Below, one piece after another: positions 1 through 9,298 of a DNA stretch of 32,541 nucleotides (position 1 is the stretch's first letter; every line of letters starts with the position of its first letter). Source of the stretch: Barthelona sp. PCE (Eukaryota); assembly GCA_040285745.1 (NCBI GenBank), contig JAUFOR010000001.1, positions 1,302,001 to 1,334,541 on the forward strand. The letters run 5' to 3'. Position numbers and translations under genes: made by a program. The notes beneath the pieces are model-generated. The model was not told the origin of the DNA and searched no databases. It saw only the letters and a program-made list of their open reading frames with translations.

Positions 1-3000
1 ATGGAATAGAAAGGCAACAGTTGAATTATGTCCTTAGACGAACGAAGCTCATCAAAATTAAAACTAAAGTTACATACAAAGTATAAACAATTAAAGATGA
101 ATGTGGTGACGATATGCTGCAATACATTGGTTATGGTACACCACAAGTGATCATGAATGAATAAGTAAATGAACTCTGTTGATAAATTCACTATTGACAA
201 ATTTGACTGCATATTAAATAATGTTGAGTTAACATCATATATCTCTTGTTCAAATTGTAAGAATTTATCAATCATTTCAGGACAAAAATGGATCATTGTC
301 CACCTGGAACTCATTAACTTAAAAACAGAAGTAACTATATCATCACGAATACTACAGGATAAACTATATTGGTCAGTGAGAAATTCATTAATCTCTTTTT
401 GGGTTTGTAAAACGAATACAATATCTTGAAATCTATTCTTGCAACGCTTAAAAAGATCAAATTGCTGATAATTTGACATAATACAAGTTGAATATCGCTT
501 CAGTTCACTCCCTATTAAGGATTGTAGTGCTTGTAATGATGTGGGTAAAGTGTCAAACAATGATACATCATTTGATGAATGAAACATTGGTACGCTTATG
601 AATTTCTTAACAAAAAGTCTAATTTGACGTTTAATTTGACGTGAAAGACAGGTAAAAATATTTTTAACCCAGTATTTAACCATAGTTTTTACCAATGCTC
701 TATTATTACCAACTACAGTATTCAGAAAAAACAAAATTGAATCTGATATTCGATCTAGATAAACATAATGTGCTGAAACACATTGATTAATATCTGAAAT
801 AAAAGTTGATTGGAAACCGTATATCGAAGGATGGGAACTATCATCTGGAATTGGAAAAAGTACTAAATCTTGGATAGAAAGAATTTCTAAGAATACTGAA
901 CCTACACAATTCTTTAATTTATCAACAAAAGAGATGTATTTAGATATACCTTTATCAATATATTTTTTTGCCTGATAAAAATCAACCACTTTGGATAAGG
1001 GACCATTAACAAAAAAATCACCATAATACCTAACTAATCGATGGAATGGTGAATCCATTCGCTGATCATTCACTAACATTTCATCAAAAATAGACCTTCT
1101 TGTGTAAAATCTTTTTAACCCAGGCTTCACTGCATCAAACATATCAACGTTATTATTGGGAACAATATTGTACACTGGTTGCGCTGCTTCAAGTAAAGCA
1201 ACCCCATACAAAATACTTTTGCTGTCGTGATTAATATTATAACTTAGCAATTCCACTGTTTTCTGAGCTTTTGAATGTATCATACTCTGATACACTACTA
1301 ACTCCTCTTTCTTACTCTCAATAAGACTCGATAGATCTTCTACATCACTTACAGATAATAACTGAAAATCTATCAACTGACCAATTAACTCCTCGATACT
1401 AAAGAGAAATCGAGTAAATCGAACAACATACACTATATGATGTGTTATACGATCGGCACAGTGAAGCTTTGTTGTGGAAAATTTTGCATTAATATGTTTT
1501 GTGATTAGTGAAATTAGTGAACGAGAAAGATTGCATAATTCTGCCAATATTGCTATTGGATCAGAAAACCCAAAATGATGACAAATAAGTAGAAAATTAC
1601 ATTTGTTATGAATCGAACTATAATCATCATTACCAAACGAAAGAAAAATTTTCCTGATATATGAAGAAAGTGATCTATCGATTGATTTTAACAGAAAACG
1701 AGCGGAACATAACACTGTACGTAAATTATTAAATGTGGACGGAGACAATTCTGTATCTAATATATTCATTGCCTTTATGATACCATCTAGTGCTGTAGAA
1801 GGAGGAAAATACTTATTAAAGAGAGGATCTTGTGTTGAAATAAAAATTCTGATATGCGACTTAAATGAATCAACTTCTCTACAAACATTCATAAAATATC
1901 TTAAACAACCACTAATTCCAGTAATAAATGAGCTCATATCAAACATGTGACTAAATCGGTGAAACATTGATAATGCAGTAGAACATAATAATTGAAATTT
2001 CGCACGATGAATACCAACACTATTTGAATTTGAACATGTTAAAAACACTTGTTTAAATGATATATTTCTAATTTCTGCTTTAAATTCCCCCAGTAATGAA
2101 GTTTTAAGCATGAAGAAGAGAAAATTAACTAATTCAGGAAAGAATTGAAAAAAGAAAGGAAATTTTTGAAATTTTGAAATTTTTTCAAAAGGTTCATGTG
2201 GCCAAGTTCTAATTATATCCAGAATTATGGGTTTTCCTTTCGGCAAATAATTAAACTGTTTAGAAAGACTGGATAAATTGCTAAATCTTTGAACAAAATT
2301 AATTGCACATTCATTGAAAATACTGAATTCTTTAGAAAGTATTAGCTGTAACTTTAATACTAACATAAAACTATCTTGTAAATAACTACCATACATATCA
2401 ACTACATGAGATATATCAATAATACTAATCATTTCAAAAACTCTTGAAAATATTGAACAAAAGCAAAACAGACCCATAAAATGTTTTGAGAGTAGTAAAT
2501 GTTTAGTTATATAACTAACCAAATCCATGTGTATTGGAACAAGATTATCAACGATATACTTACAACAAACAACATGATATAAAGGATCAATTTTCCATTT
2601 TTCAGGAAAAATTGCACAAAGAGCTTTAAAATGTTGCTTTACCCAACAATCTGATGTAGACTGTGTTGCAAATTCCAAAAACTCATCAATTACAAATGCA
2701 TCTACTAAAAGAGGTACAGAAAAATGTTCATTATTCACAAAAAGAAAGATAAGAGAATTATCTACATCAATAGTCAAGTAATGCATCTGTTCAAAGTTCA
2801 GTGCTTCTGCATGACTACATTGATATGAAGTTCGGTTGACAAAAACAACAATTCCATCTTTAACATCTTGGATCGCTTGTAAATCGTTTTGAAATTTGCT
2901 CGTTTGCGAAAATAACCCTTCAAAAAATGATGCAATAAAATCTCTCATCTCATTGTCAAGATAAAAAGGATGAATTGGAAATAACACTTTATAGTGTATT

Positions 3001-3040
3001 TAAGTTTCACAAAACACTTATTTTTACAATGAGCAGTCAT
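1..3040 (-). CDS. Large hypothetical protein (>980 aa), truncated by the left window edge
   Basis: Manual translation is open from ATG 2948 (MRDFIASFFEGLFSQTSKFQNDLQ...) and the same frame is open at the window edge (...NFDELRSSKDIIQLLPFYS). Its absence from the ORF track fits there being no stop in the window. The start is either 2948 or 3040 via a putative 41-nt intron (2987-3027). No family recognised. Confidence 0.8.
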
Positions 3041-3114
3041 TTTTTATGTCTCCTGTAAAAAAAAAAAAGTTTCTTTACTCTTTTTTTCAAAGTCAATCAA
3101 CATCAGAAGCAAAA

Positions 3115-3810
3115 TTAACCCATGAGCTTGTACTGTGTCACCTTAACCGGTTCTAAAGCGAACTGAATACCACGATAGACAATAAACATATCCAATATTG
3201 TTAACACATGGTAAATAGCATTATGCTCAATATATTTAGTAAAATCGAATGTTTTTGGCATTGCCACTGGAATACTAGCGAAAATAATACCAATTAGTCC
3301 AAATAACAACCATAATCTTCCAGCTCTAAGTGATTCATATTGTGGACGAGCCAATAGAAGAAGAACAATACTGACAATAACACCGGGTCCATACATATAC
3401 ATACAATATATAAACTCTTGTTTTGGAAAAATCCAAATACCAAAGAAAATAGCAATACCAAATAGCACACTAAAGAAATACTTTTTCTGTTGAGGATAGA
3501 ATACTGAAGCAATGAACGCCACCAAAATGAGCATGAGGCACATCAAGGGATACTTGACAAGACCCCAAAGGAAGGAATCTAGAGGACCACGTCCGAATTT
3601 TAGAGCTGATCTCATTATATGATACAAAACACCAAACGCGGAGGTGCAAGCAAAGTCAATGAAGAATGCTCTGAACAAGAATTTGCTATCTGAAGGAATA
3701 AGATCAACATAATCCTTAATTCCGCCATTTATGCTTATCAACATCCATATAAGTTCAACTGTGAGAATGAAATCTGTGATATAAATGCCCAATTCGTCTA
3801 ATATACTCAT
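3115..3810 (-). CDS. Multi-pass (about 7 TM) membrane protein, DUF6962 / CREST-superfamily-like
   Basis: 231 aa with about seven hydrophobic segments, N-terminal 'ITDFIL', 'FGVLYH' and C-terminal 'HNAIYH' histidine motifs. Family assignment is from memory of the motif pattern. Confidence 0.65.
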   Translation of the reverse strand: MSILDELGIYITDFILTVELIWMLISINGGIKDYVDLIPSDSKFLFRAFFIDFACTSAFGVLYHIMRSALKFGRGPLDSFLWGLVKYPLMCLMLILVAFIASVFYPQQKKYFFSVLFGIAIFFGIWIFPKQEFIYCMYMYGPGVIVSIVLLLLARPQYESLRAGRLWLLFGLIGIIFASIPVAMPKTFDFTKYIEHNAIYHVLTILDMFIVYRGIQFALEPVKVTQYKLMG

Positions 3811-3909
3811 TATAAATTATGAAAGAGGAGAATAATACAAAGAATAAGGATATGACGTGGATGATTACAATTACTTCAGTTGCACTCATTGCGAATGTAA
3901 AGGGGGTAT

Positions 3910-6054
3910 TTACATGTGTCTCAATAATGACAAACGTTGATCAAGCTTATTCAATCGCAGATAAAATTGTTCTTCAATTTCATCATATATATCCCGTCTG
4001 GGGATGATCTGCTCAGCCACATCATCACATGTGACGCTTAAAAATTCACTACTGACAGTTTCATCCACAAGAACTGGTTCAATTTTTGGACTGATTGGTG
4101 ATGTTGCTTTATGCATTGATAAACCTTCAATAGTACTTTTGAGCTCATCCAAATGACTTCTCAGCACAGACATAACACTTGCATCCTGTGGAAAACATTT
4201 TTCTTCAGTAAAAAACTCTTCAAGCTCTTTTTCATCTTTTTCATTCGACTCATTCGAAATTATTGAATCTTTGCTTGACTTTGGTTCAATTTCAACCGAA
4301 ATAGATATACGGGAATTACAACCTCCATTAGCGGTAACTTCAGCAGAAATTAAATCATTATTTTTTCCTACCTCTTCATACTGTTCATGTTCAATGGATG
4401 TGTCTATTGAGGCTGCATCGTCACTAGTCACTAGTACAACGTTTTCACAACGTACCCAACCTTGCAATGTGAAAACACAACGTGTCCACTCACTTACTTT
4501 AGCAACATGAGTCAGTTTATCTCCCTTTTTAAGGTCTACCACACGCAAAAAGGCACCATCTACTGCTTGATAAAGTGATGTATCATTAACAACAGTGTTT
4601 TCTGAAATATGTTGCTCAAGTATTACACCGCCGAATGCTTTTTTGATCTTTACCCATCCTTCGCAGCTGTCAATGGCACGGACTAGATCATTATATCGCA
4701 AAACATGAAGTATATTATCTTCTTCTGTTTTCCCAGCCATTACATCACAGTTATCTGATATAATTCTGTAGTATGACGCATCCATTAAATCCGTTGGATT
4801 CAACCACATAGAAGGCATCAGAATCGATGAATCTAATACAATCGTGTTTTCTGAAACATTCACCTCCTCTTCCTGTGCAATTTCTTCTGTAATAATTGCT
4901 ACACTTGGGACATCTGTTGTTGATTCAACATCATTATTAATGATATTGCTGTTGATAGTGTTTGAACTGAGAGAAAATAAGCTTTTTTCCTCTTCCAGTT
5001 CAACAGAATCCGATTCTTCTGTTTCAGGATGTAGAACGAGCTCCAACGGCTGTGAAGAAGCAAGTGTATCAACCGATAAGCGCATACGATCATCATAGAC
5101 TATGCTACTAATATCCGCACTTGTTTTAACCGAAAAATCTTCTTTGTGGATTTCCACACTGGACTCAATGATTGGTTTTTCTGAAGCAACAGTACTAAAA
5201 CTGATATCACGTGTTGATTGTGCATGCGGTACGACATGTAATTTCTTTGGTATTTCAGGAACATTAATGACTTCTTGTGATTTTTTCTTTTTTTGTTTTT
5301 CCGAAAATATTTTTTGGGTAATGAGAACAGCCTTTAAATACCGTTGCATAGTTCTCATTTGATCTTCTGTTCCACACGAGTACACACCTTTAATTTGCAA
5401 CCTTCCTTTTTGCTCAAGCGGAAACAGCTTATTTGTAGAAAAATCTGTCAAATGCATTTTAGAAATTGGAAACAAGAAATTACCCTCAGATGATACTATT
5501 TCCACAGTCAATTCTCCACTATGAGGCCATTTCGGAAATGGAACCATGAAAAAATAGGGTAAATGTGTTCGTTCAGGTCGAAGTTTCATAGGAACACTAA
5601 CTCTTGGGTATTTAGCATCATTGATGAAAATAAATAAACGGAAATCAAGCGTAGACGGTACATTATTTATCTCAAAACCATAAACACAAACAAAAAAATA
5701 GGTATTGTCTTCAGCAATTTCATTTAATGATTCAATAACACTTTCTGGTTGATTTTCGGGTCCTTCAACGACAGAAAGAGACTCTTCTTCCAAAATATGT
5801 TGTTCACAAGGCTTAATAATAGCTAAATCAGGAACATTAGATTTTTTCTTCTTAAAGATAAGGCTTAAGTTGTTTAAAGTATCATCTATGTCCTCCATGC
5901 TTCGCGAGTCAACACCTTTAATTGTTTCATTTTGCCCAGATTCCACTTCAATCCCCAAACTAAGAAATTTTGACATTCGTTGGCGCAATTCAATAGTTTT
6001 ACGCTCAAAAGAGGTTATGTCCGATAAAAGCCTTGCCTGGCTTTTTTCGTTCAT
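3910..6054 (-). CDS. Hypothetical protein: coiled coil, C2-like domain, acidic linker, tandem SH3b-like domains (possibly a divergent C2CD3-like centriolar protein)
   Basis: 714-aa ORF with a beta-rich C2-like segment (aa ~118-240) and two repeats with an SH3b pattern (...EGWVKI...GVI; ...KKGDKL...EWTRC...GWV). The CDS is solid; the domain calls are tentative. Confidence 0.6.
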   Translation of the reverse strand: MNEKSQARLLSDITSFERKTIELRQRMSKFLSLGIEVESGQNETIKGVDSRSMEDIDDTLNNLSLIFKKKKSNVPDLAIIKPCEQHILEEESLSVVEGPENQPESVIESLNEIAEDNTYFFVCVYGFEINNVPSTLDFRLFIFINDAKYPRVSVPMKLRPERTHLPYFFMVPFPKWPHSGELTVEIVSSEGNFLFPISKMHLTDFSTNKLFPLEQKGRLQIKGVYSCGTEDQMRTMQRYLKAVLITQKIFSEKQKKKKSQEVINVPEIPKKLHVVPHAQSTRDISFSTVASEKPIIESSVEIHKEDFSVKTSADISSIVYDDRMRLSVDTLASSQPLELVLHPETEESDSVELEEEKSLFSLSSNTINSNIINNDVESTTDVPSVAIITEEIAQEEEVNVSENTIVLDSSILMPSMWLNPTDLMDASYYRIISDNCDVMAGKTEEDNILHVLRYNDLVRAIDSCEGWVKIKKAFGGVILEQHISENTVVNDTSLYQAVDGAFLRVVDLKKGDKLTHVAKVSEWTRCVFTLQGWVRCENVVLVTSDDAASIDTSIEHEQYEEVGKNNDLISAEVTANGGCNSRISISVEIEPKSSKDSIISNESNEKDEKELEEFFTEEKCFPQDASVMSVLRSHLDELKSTIEGLSMHKATSPISPKIEPVLVDETVSSEFLSVTCDDVAEQIIPRRDIYDEIEEQFYLRLNKLDQRLSLLRHM

Positions 6055-6135
6055 TTTTGAAAAGGTAATAAAAACAAAACAATATTAAAGAATAGTCCTT
6101 AATTTATTCGAACATAGAAGTCAATAAGCACTAAC

Positions 6136-6516
6136 TTAGTCAGAACGGGCACCACACTTACCACAAGCGTAACGAACGGGAGTTTTCTTCTTGTGGTTAG
6201 CCATGTAGACACCAGCACCGCACATCTCACATTCGTAAGTTAAACGCTCGACGGAACCATCCTCGTTGACCTTGAAAAGTCTGAGAATACCCATCTTCTC
6301 GTTCTTGTGCTTGTGCTTGTCCTTCTTGGGGGTCTTGTAGACCTTACGCTTGTGCTTCTTCTTACCAGCACCGAGGACGTCCTCGTGAGCGAAGACGGTA
6401 CAACCCTCTTCAATCTGGTTGATAGCAGAACAGTGAATGTCCTCAGCAAGCTTTTGTTTCAACATAGCGGTGGTACAAACGGTGGTACCTTGGTTGGTCT
6501 TCAAGAAAAAACGCAT
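6136..6516 (-). CDS. RPS27A: 40S ribosomal protein S27a (eS31) with a degenerate 50-aa ubiquitin-like leader
   Basis: KKKHKRKVYKTPKKDKHKHK basic tract and C4 zinc finger (CEMCGAGVYMANH...RYACGKCG); strong high-expression codon bias. Confidence 0.95.
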   Translation of the reverse strand: MRFFLKTNQGTTVCTTAMLKQKLAEDIHCSAINQIEEGCTVFAHEDVLGAGKKKHKRKVYKTPKKDKHKHKNEKMGILRLFKVNEDGSVERLTYECEMCGAGVYMANHKKKTPVRYACGKCGARSD

Positions 6517-6819
6517 CTCAATGTATCGTCAACAAATAGAAAAGTTAGAAAGATAAAAGGAAGTGAATAATGCTCAAAATCAATATTTACAATCGTATAG
6601 GCACTTTATACACAATTATATAACGTATCTAATGCTTAAAGAACCAAATATAGTCAAAATAAAAGCTTTTTAAAAATACTTCTCAAAAACTTCTTGAACA
6701 ACTCTTTTTCAACCATTAGATTGTTGTACTATTGTATGTAAAGAAATTCCAGTGTTGGAATAAACAAGATATACTGTCAAAAACTTCTTTCAAGTTTATA
6801 ACTTTTATATCATCATAAA
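6517..6819. promoter_or_regulatory. Putative bidirectional promoter between RPS27A and RPL10A
   Basis: 303-bp AT-rich head-to-head gap containing an exact 13-bp direct repeat TCAAAAACTTCTT (6683-6695, 6777-6789) and TTCACTTCCTTTT on the minus strand upstream of RPS27A. Confidence 0.5.
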
Positions 6820-7467
6820 ATGTCTAGAATTGGTATTTCCATGATTACTGATGCCGTTGAGAACGTCTTCGCCAACATCGAAGAGTCTAAGCGTAACTTC
6901 AAGCAGACCATTGAGATTCAGATCGGTCTCAAGGGTTACGGCAAGAAGGACAAGCGTTTCAACTCCGTTGTCGAAGTTCCTCACGCCACCCGTAAGGTTA
7001 CTAAGTTCTGTGTTCTTGGTGATGCTTCCCACATTCAACAAGCTGAGCAATTGGGTTACGAGCTCCGTTCTGTTGATGACCTCAAGGGTCTCAACAAGGA
7101 GAAGAAGCTGGTTAAGAAGTTAGCTAAGTCTTATCACTTTTTCCTTGCTTCCCCTACTGTTGCTCGTACTCTCAACCGTCTTGTTGGTAACACCTTCAAC
7201 AAATTGGGTAAGTTCCCCACTCCCGTTTTGAAGGGTGAGTCCCTCGAGAAGAAGGCTGAATCTGGTTGCTGTACTATCCGTTTCAAGCTTCAGAAGGCCT
7301 TTGCTTTTAACTACGCTATTGGTCACGAGGAGATGCCTATTGAGGAGATTGTTCGTAACATTGCTACTTCTCTTGGTTTCCTCATCTCTCTTCTTAAGAA
7401 GGGTATGCAGAACCTTGGTTCTGTCCACGTCAAGGGTACTATGTGCTCCCCTGTCCGTCTCTACTAA
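6820..7467 (+). CDS. RPL10A: 60S ribosomal protein L10a (uL1)
   Basis: 215 aa; KRNFKQTIEIQIGLKGY..KDKRF, CVLGDASH, LNKEKKLVKKLAKSY, LGKFPT and VKGTM motifs typical of L10a. Confidence 0.97.
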   Translation: MSRIGISMITDAVENVFANIEESKRNFKQTIEIQIGLKGYGKKDKRFNSVVEVPHATRKVTKFCVLGDASHIQQAEQLGYELRSVDDLKGLNKEKKLVKKLAKSYHFFLASPTVARTLNRLVGNTFNKLGKFPTPVLKGESLEKKAESGCCTIRFKLQKAFAFNYAIGHEEMPIEEIVRNIATSLGFLISLLKKGMQNLGSVHVKGTMCSPVRLY

Positions 7468-7470
7468 ATA

Positions 7471-7590
7471 GGATGTGTTTTCGTCTGTACAAGACGTTTT
7501 TACCAATACTCACTGCGAAAGCCTGGTTGTTTTTTAAGCAATGAGAGTGATTACAAAGTATTGGGAGTTAAGTACAGTTGAAACTCATCT
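7471..7590 (+). promoter_or_regulatory. Structured 3'-UTR RNA element of RPL10A carrying a uL1-binding-site mimic
   Basis: Nested helices: 7471-7481/7580-7590 (one U-U mismatch), CUGUAC/GUACAG (7485-90/7572-77), GAC/GUU (7493-95/7567-69), CCAAUACU/AGUAUUGG (7503-10/7557-64), CACU/AGUG (7511-14/7546-49), plus a GC-GAAA-GC tetraloop. G-U wobbles favour the + strand. Confidence 0.7.
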
Positions 7591-7625
7591 TTTAAGTAAA
7601 TTTTGCTATGCATGTGCTGTTTTTA

Positions 7626-9125
7626 TTATTTAAATCGATCAAAGATTGATGTATTTGCTTCATCTTTCTCTTTACGCTCTTGCTTCTCTAATTTCTGCAA
7701 CTCATATTCAAGACGTTCACGTGTTGTATCCCTTACAAGAGCCTTCTTTCTGATCAATTTCTTTAGCTGTGTTTGACGACCACGTCCCTTACGCTTATTC
7801 TGACGACGGACACGCTTTTCCTTATCTTCTTCAGTCTCTTTGCTAATAACATTGAGAGTATTTTGAAGTCGCATTAGTTCTTCATGTCTCTTCATCTGTC
7901 GTTCATCGCTGTGGATCATACCAACCATACTCTCAAGACCAATCATGTCTGCTGGTATCTTTTCAAGTAATTTCTTCACCTCCATTTCTTTTCTTAATTT
8001 CTTTGTTGCAAATGGGTTGGCAACATAACCATCAAAGTTAGCTTGGCCAGCTCCGGGGATGGCCAAGCTCTGGAAACCAGAATTGTGACCAATGCCAAGG
8101 AAATCTTCATAAGGACAAAAGCGAGCACCACTAATAATATTTCCTGGTATTTGATGTGACATATACGTGGAATGACCGCAATCTCTGGCCGATGATGTAG
8201 TAAAAACGTTCTGCTTAACTTCTAATGTGTGTCTTGCAGCCAGTGCTAATAATCCAGTTTGCGATATATCAACTGAAGTAACCGGTCGATGATGTTTCCA
8301 CGAGTCCATAACCTCAAACTTGCGAAGATCAGAGACGGCAACTTCCCTATTACTAGACACTGTGACAAGGTATTTCCCATCATGTGATACACAGAGGTCA
8401 ACAATGCTTGATTTGTGCGCTCTGTACTGTACGAGAGGGTTGCTCGAGCCTGGGGCCCATAAAGAAACAATACCATTTGTATGACCAGCACACATAACAG
8501 CAGTTTTTGGATTTTGACGGAAGCAATTGATTTTACCTCTTCCTGCGTGCTTTGTTGCACTCCATTTCGCCACGAGTTCTCCAGTTGACACGTCCTGCCA
8601 TGCCAGGTTGCCGTCAATACATGATGAACACATCAAGTAGTGCCATGGAAGATATTCAATGTTCTTTGGTTTCTTGTGATGCTTGAGACGATGGATCTCC
8701 AGTCCATCATAGTCGTACAGACATGTGTATTCGTTTGCAACTGCAGCTGCAATAAGAGGTGTGTTGTCTAAAACTCGACAATCAACAATCCTCTTATAAA
8801 TGTGAAATTCAGCAGAAAGCTTAGCATCCTGCCACTCCATGAGAGATATGTGTCCCTTTTCTCCACCGAGCAGTAACAGACGACCATCGTAAGAATAATC
8901 TAAATGATAACTACCGAAATCTAACTCTAGATCCAACATTTTTGCATTTGTTTGCACATCAACATGCTCAGCAATATCAGTTTGCTTGAATTTATAAGTC
9001 TTTTCGAGCCCTTCTGCTTCCAAAGCTCCATAATCTTCAGGAAGCATTAAATTCATATCAATTTTTGGCCTCTCTTGCTTAATACCCTTCTGCTTCCGGG
9101 GATCCTTTGCTTGATGTTTGCCCAT
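7626..9125 (-). CDS. UTP7: U3 snoRNP/SSU processome WD40 protein UTP7 (WDR46/BING4)
   Basis: LLLGGEKGH, EYLPWHYL and GHTNGIVSLWAP WD repeats, and the BING4 C-terminal domain FCPYEDFLGIGH...IPGAGQANFD...NPF...EVKKLLEKIP. Confidence 0.93.
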   Translation of the reverse strand: MGKHQAKDPRKQKGIKQERPKIDMNLMLPEDYGALEAEGLEKTYKFKQTDIAEHVDVQTNAKMLDLELDFGSYHLDYSYDGRLLLLGGEKGHISLMEWQDAKLSAEFHIYKRIVDCRVLDNTPLIAAAVANEYTCLYDYDGLEIHRLKHHKKPKNIEYLPWHYLMCSSCIDGNLAWQDVSTGELVAKWSATKHAGRGKINCFRQNPKTAVMCAGHTNGIVSLWAPGSSNPLVQYRAHKSSIVDLCVSHDGKYLVTVSSNREVAVSDLRKFEVMDSWKHHRPVTSVDISQTGLLALAARHTLEVKQNVFTTSSARDCGHSTYMSHQIPGNIISGARFCPYEDFLGIGHNSGFQSLAIPGAGQANFDGYVANPFATKKLRKEMEVKKLLEKIPADMIGLESMVGMIHSDERQMKRHEELMRLQNTLNVISKETEEDKEKRVRRQNKRKGRGRQTQLKKLIRKKALVRDTTRERLEYELQKLEKQERKEKDEANTSIFDRFK

Positions 9126-9298
9126 TACTAAATAGAATTTTTAGAAAAGGTGAAATGCGTAGAAGCAAGTGTTAAACTACATCTTATGTATAATTTTTAT
9201 TTTAAAAGTCCACCTTCGCTGAAAATGACGGTTCTTACTGTGCATGAATAAAGTTAAAAAGATGTTTTCAGTTCTTTTTTCCTTTTCAAACACTTCAG

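Noticed and set aside
1-3040. Apparent 3-kb ORF-free region suggesting a non-standard code or non-coding DNA
   Set aside because: It is a standard-code minus-strand ORF whose stop lies outside the window.
6240-7506. Overlapping and antisense ORFs on the ribosomal protein genes
   Set aside because: They are shadow ORFs produced by strong codon bias and show no recognisable motifs. The short ORFs nested in UTP7 and CFAP47 are rejected for the same lack of motifs.
7471-7594. 5S rRNA or SRP RNA identity for the structured segment
   Set aside because: The nested topology is not 5S, the SRP helix-8 motif is incomplete, and internal T5/T6 runs argue against a Pol III transcript.
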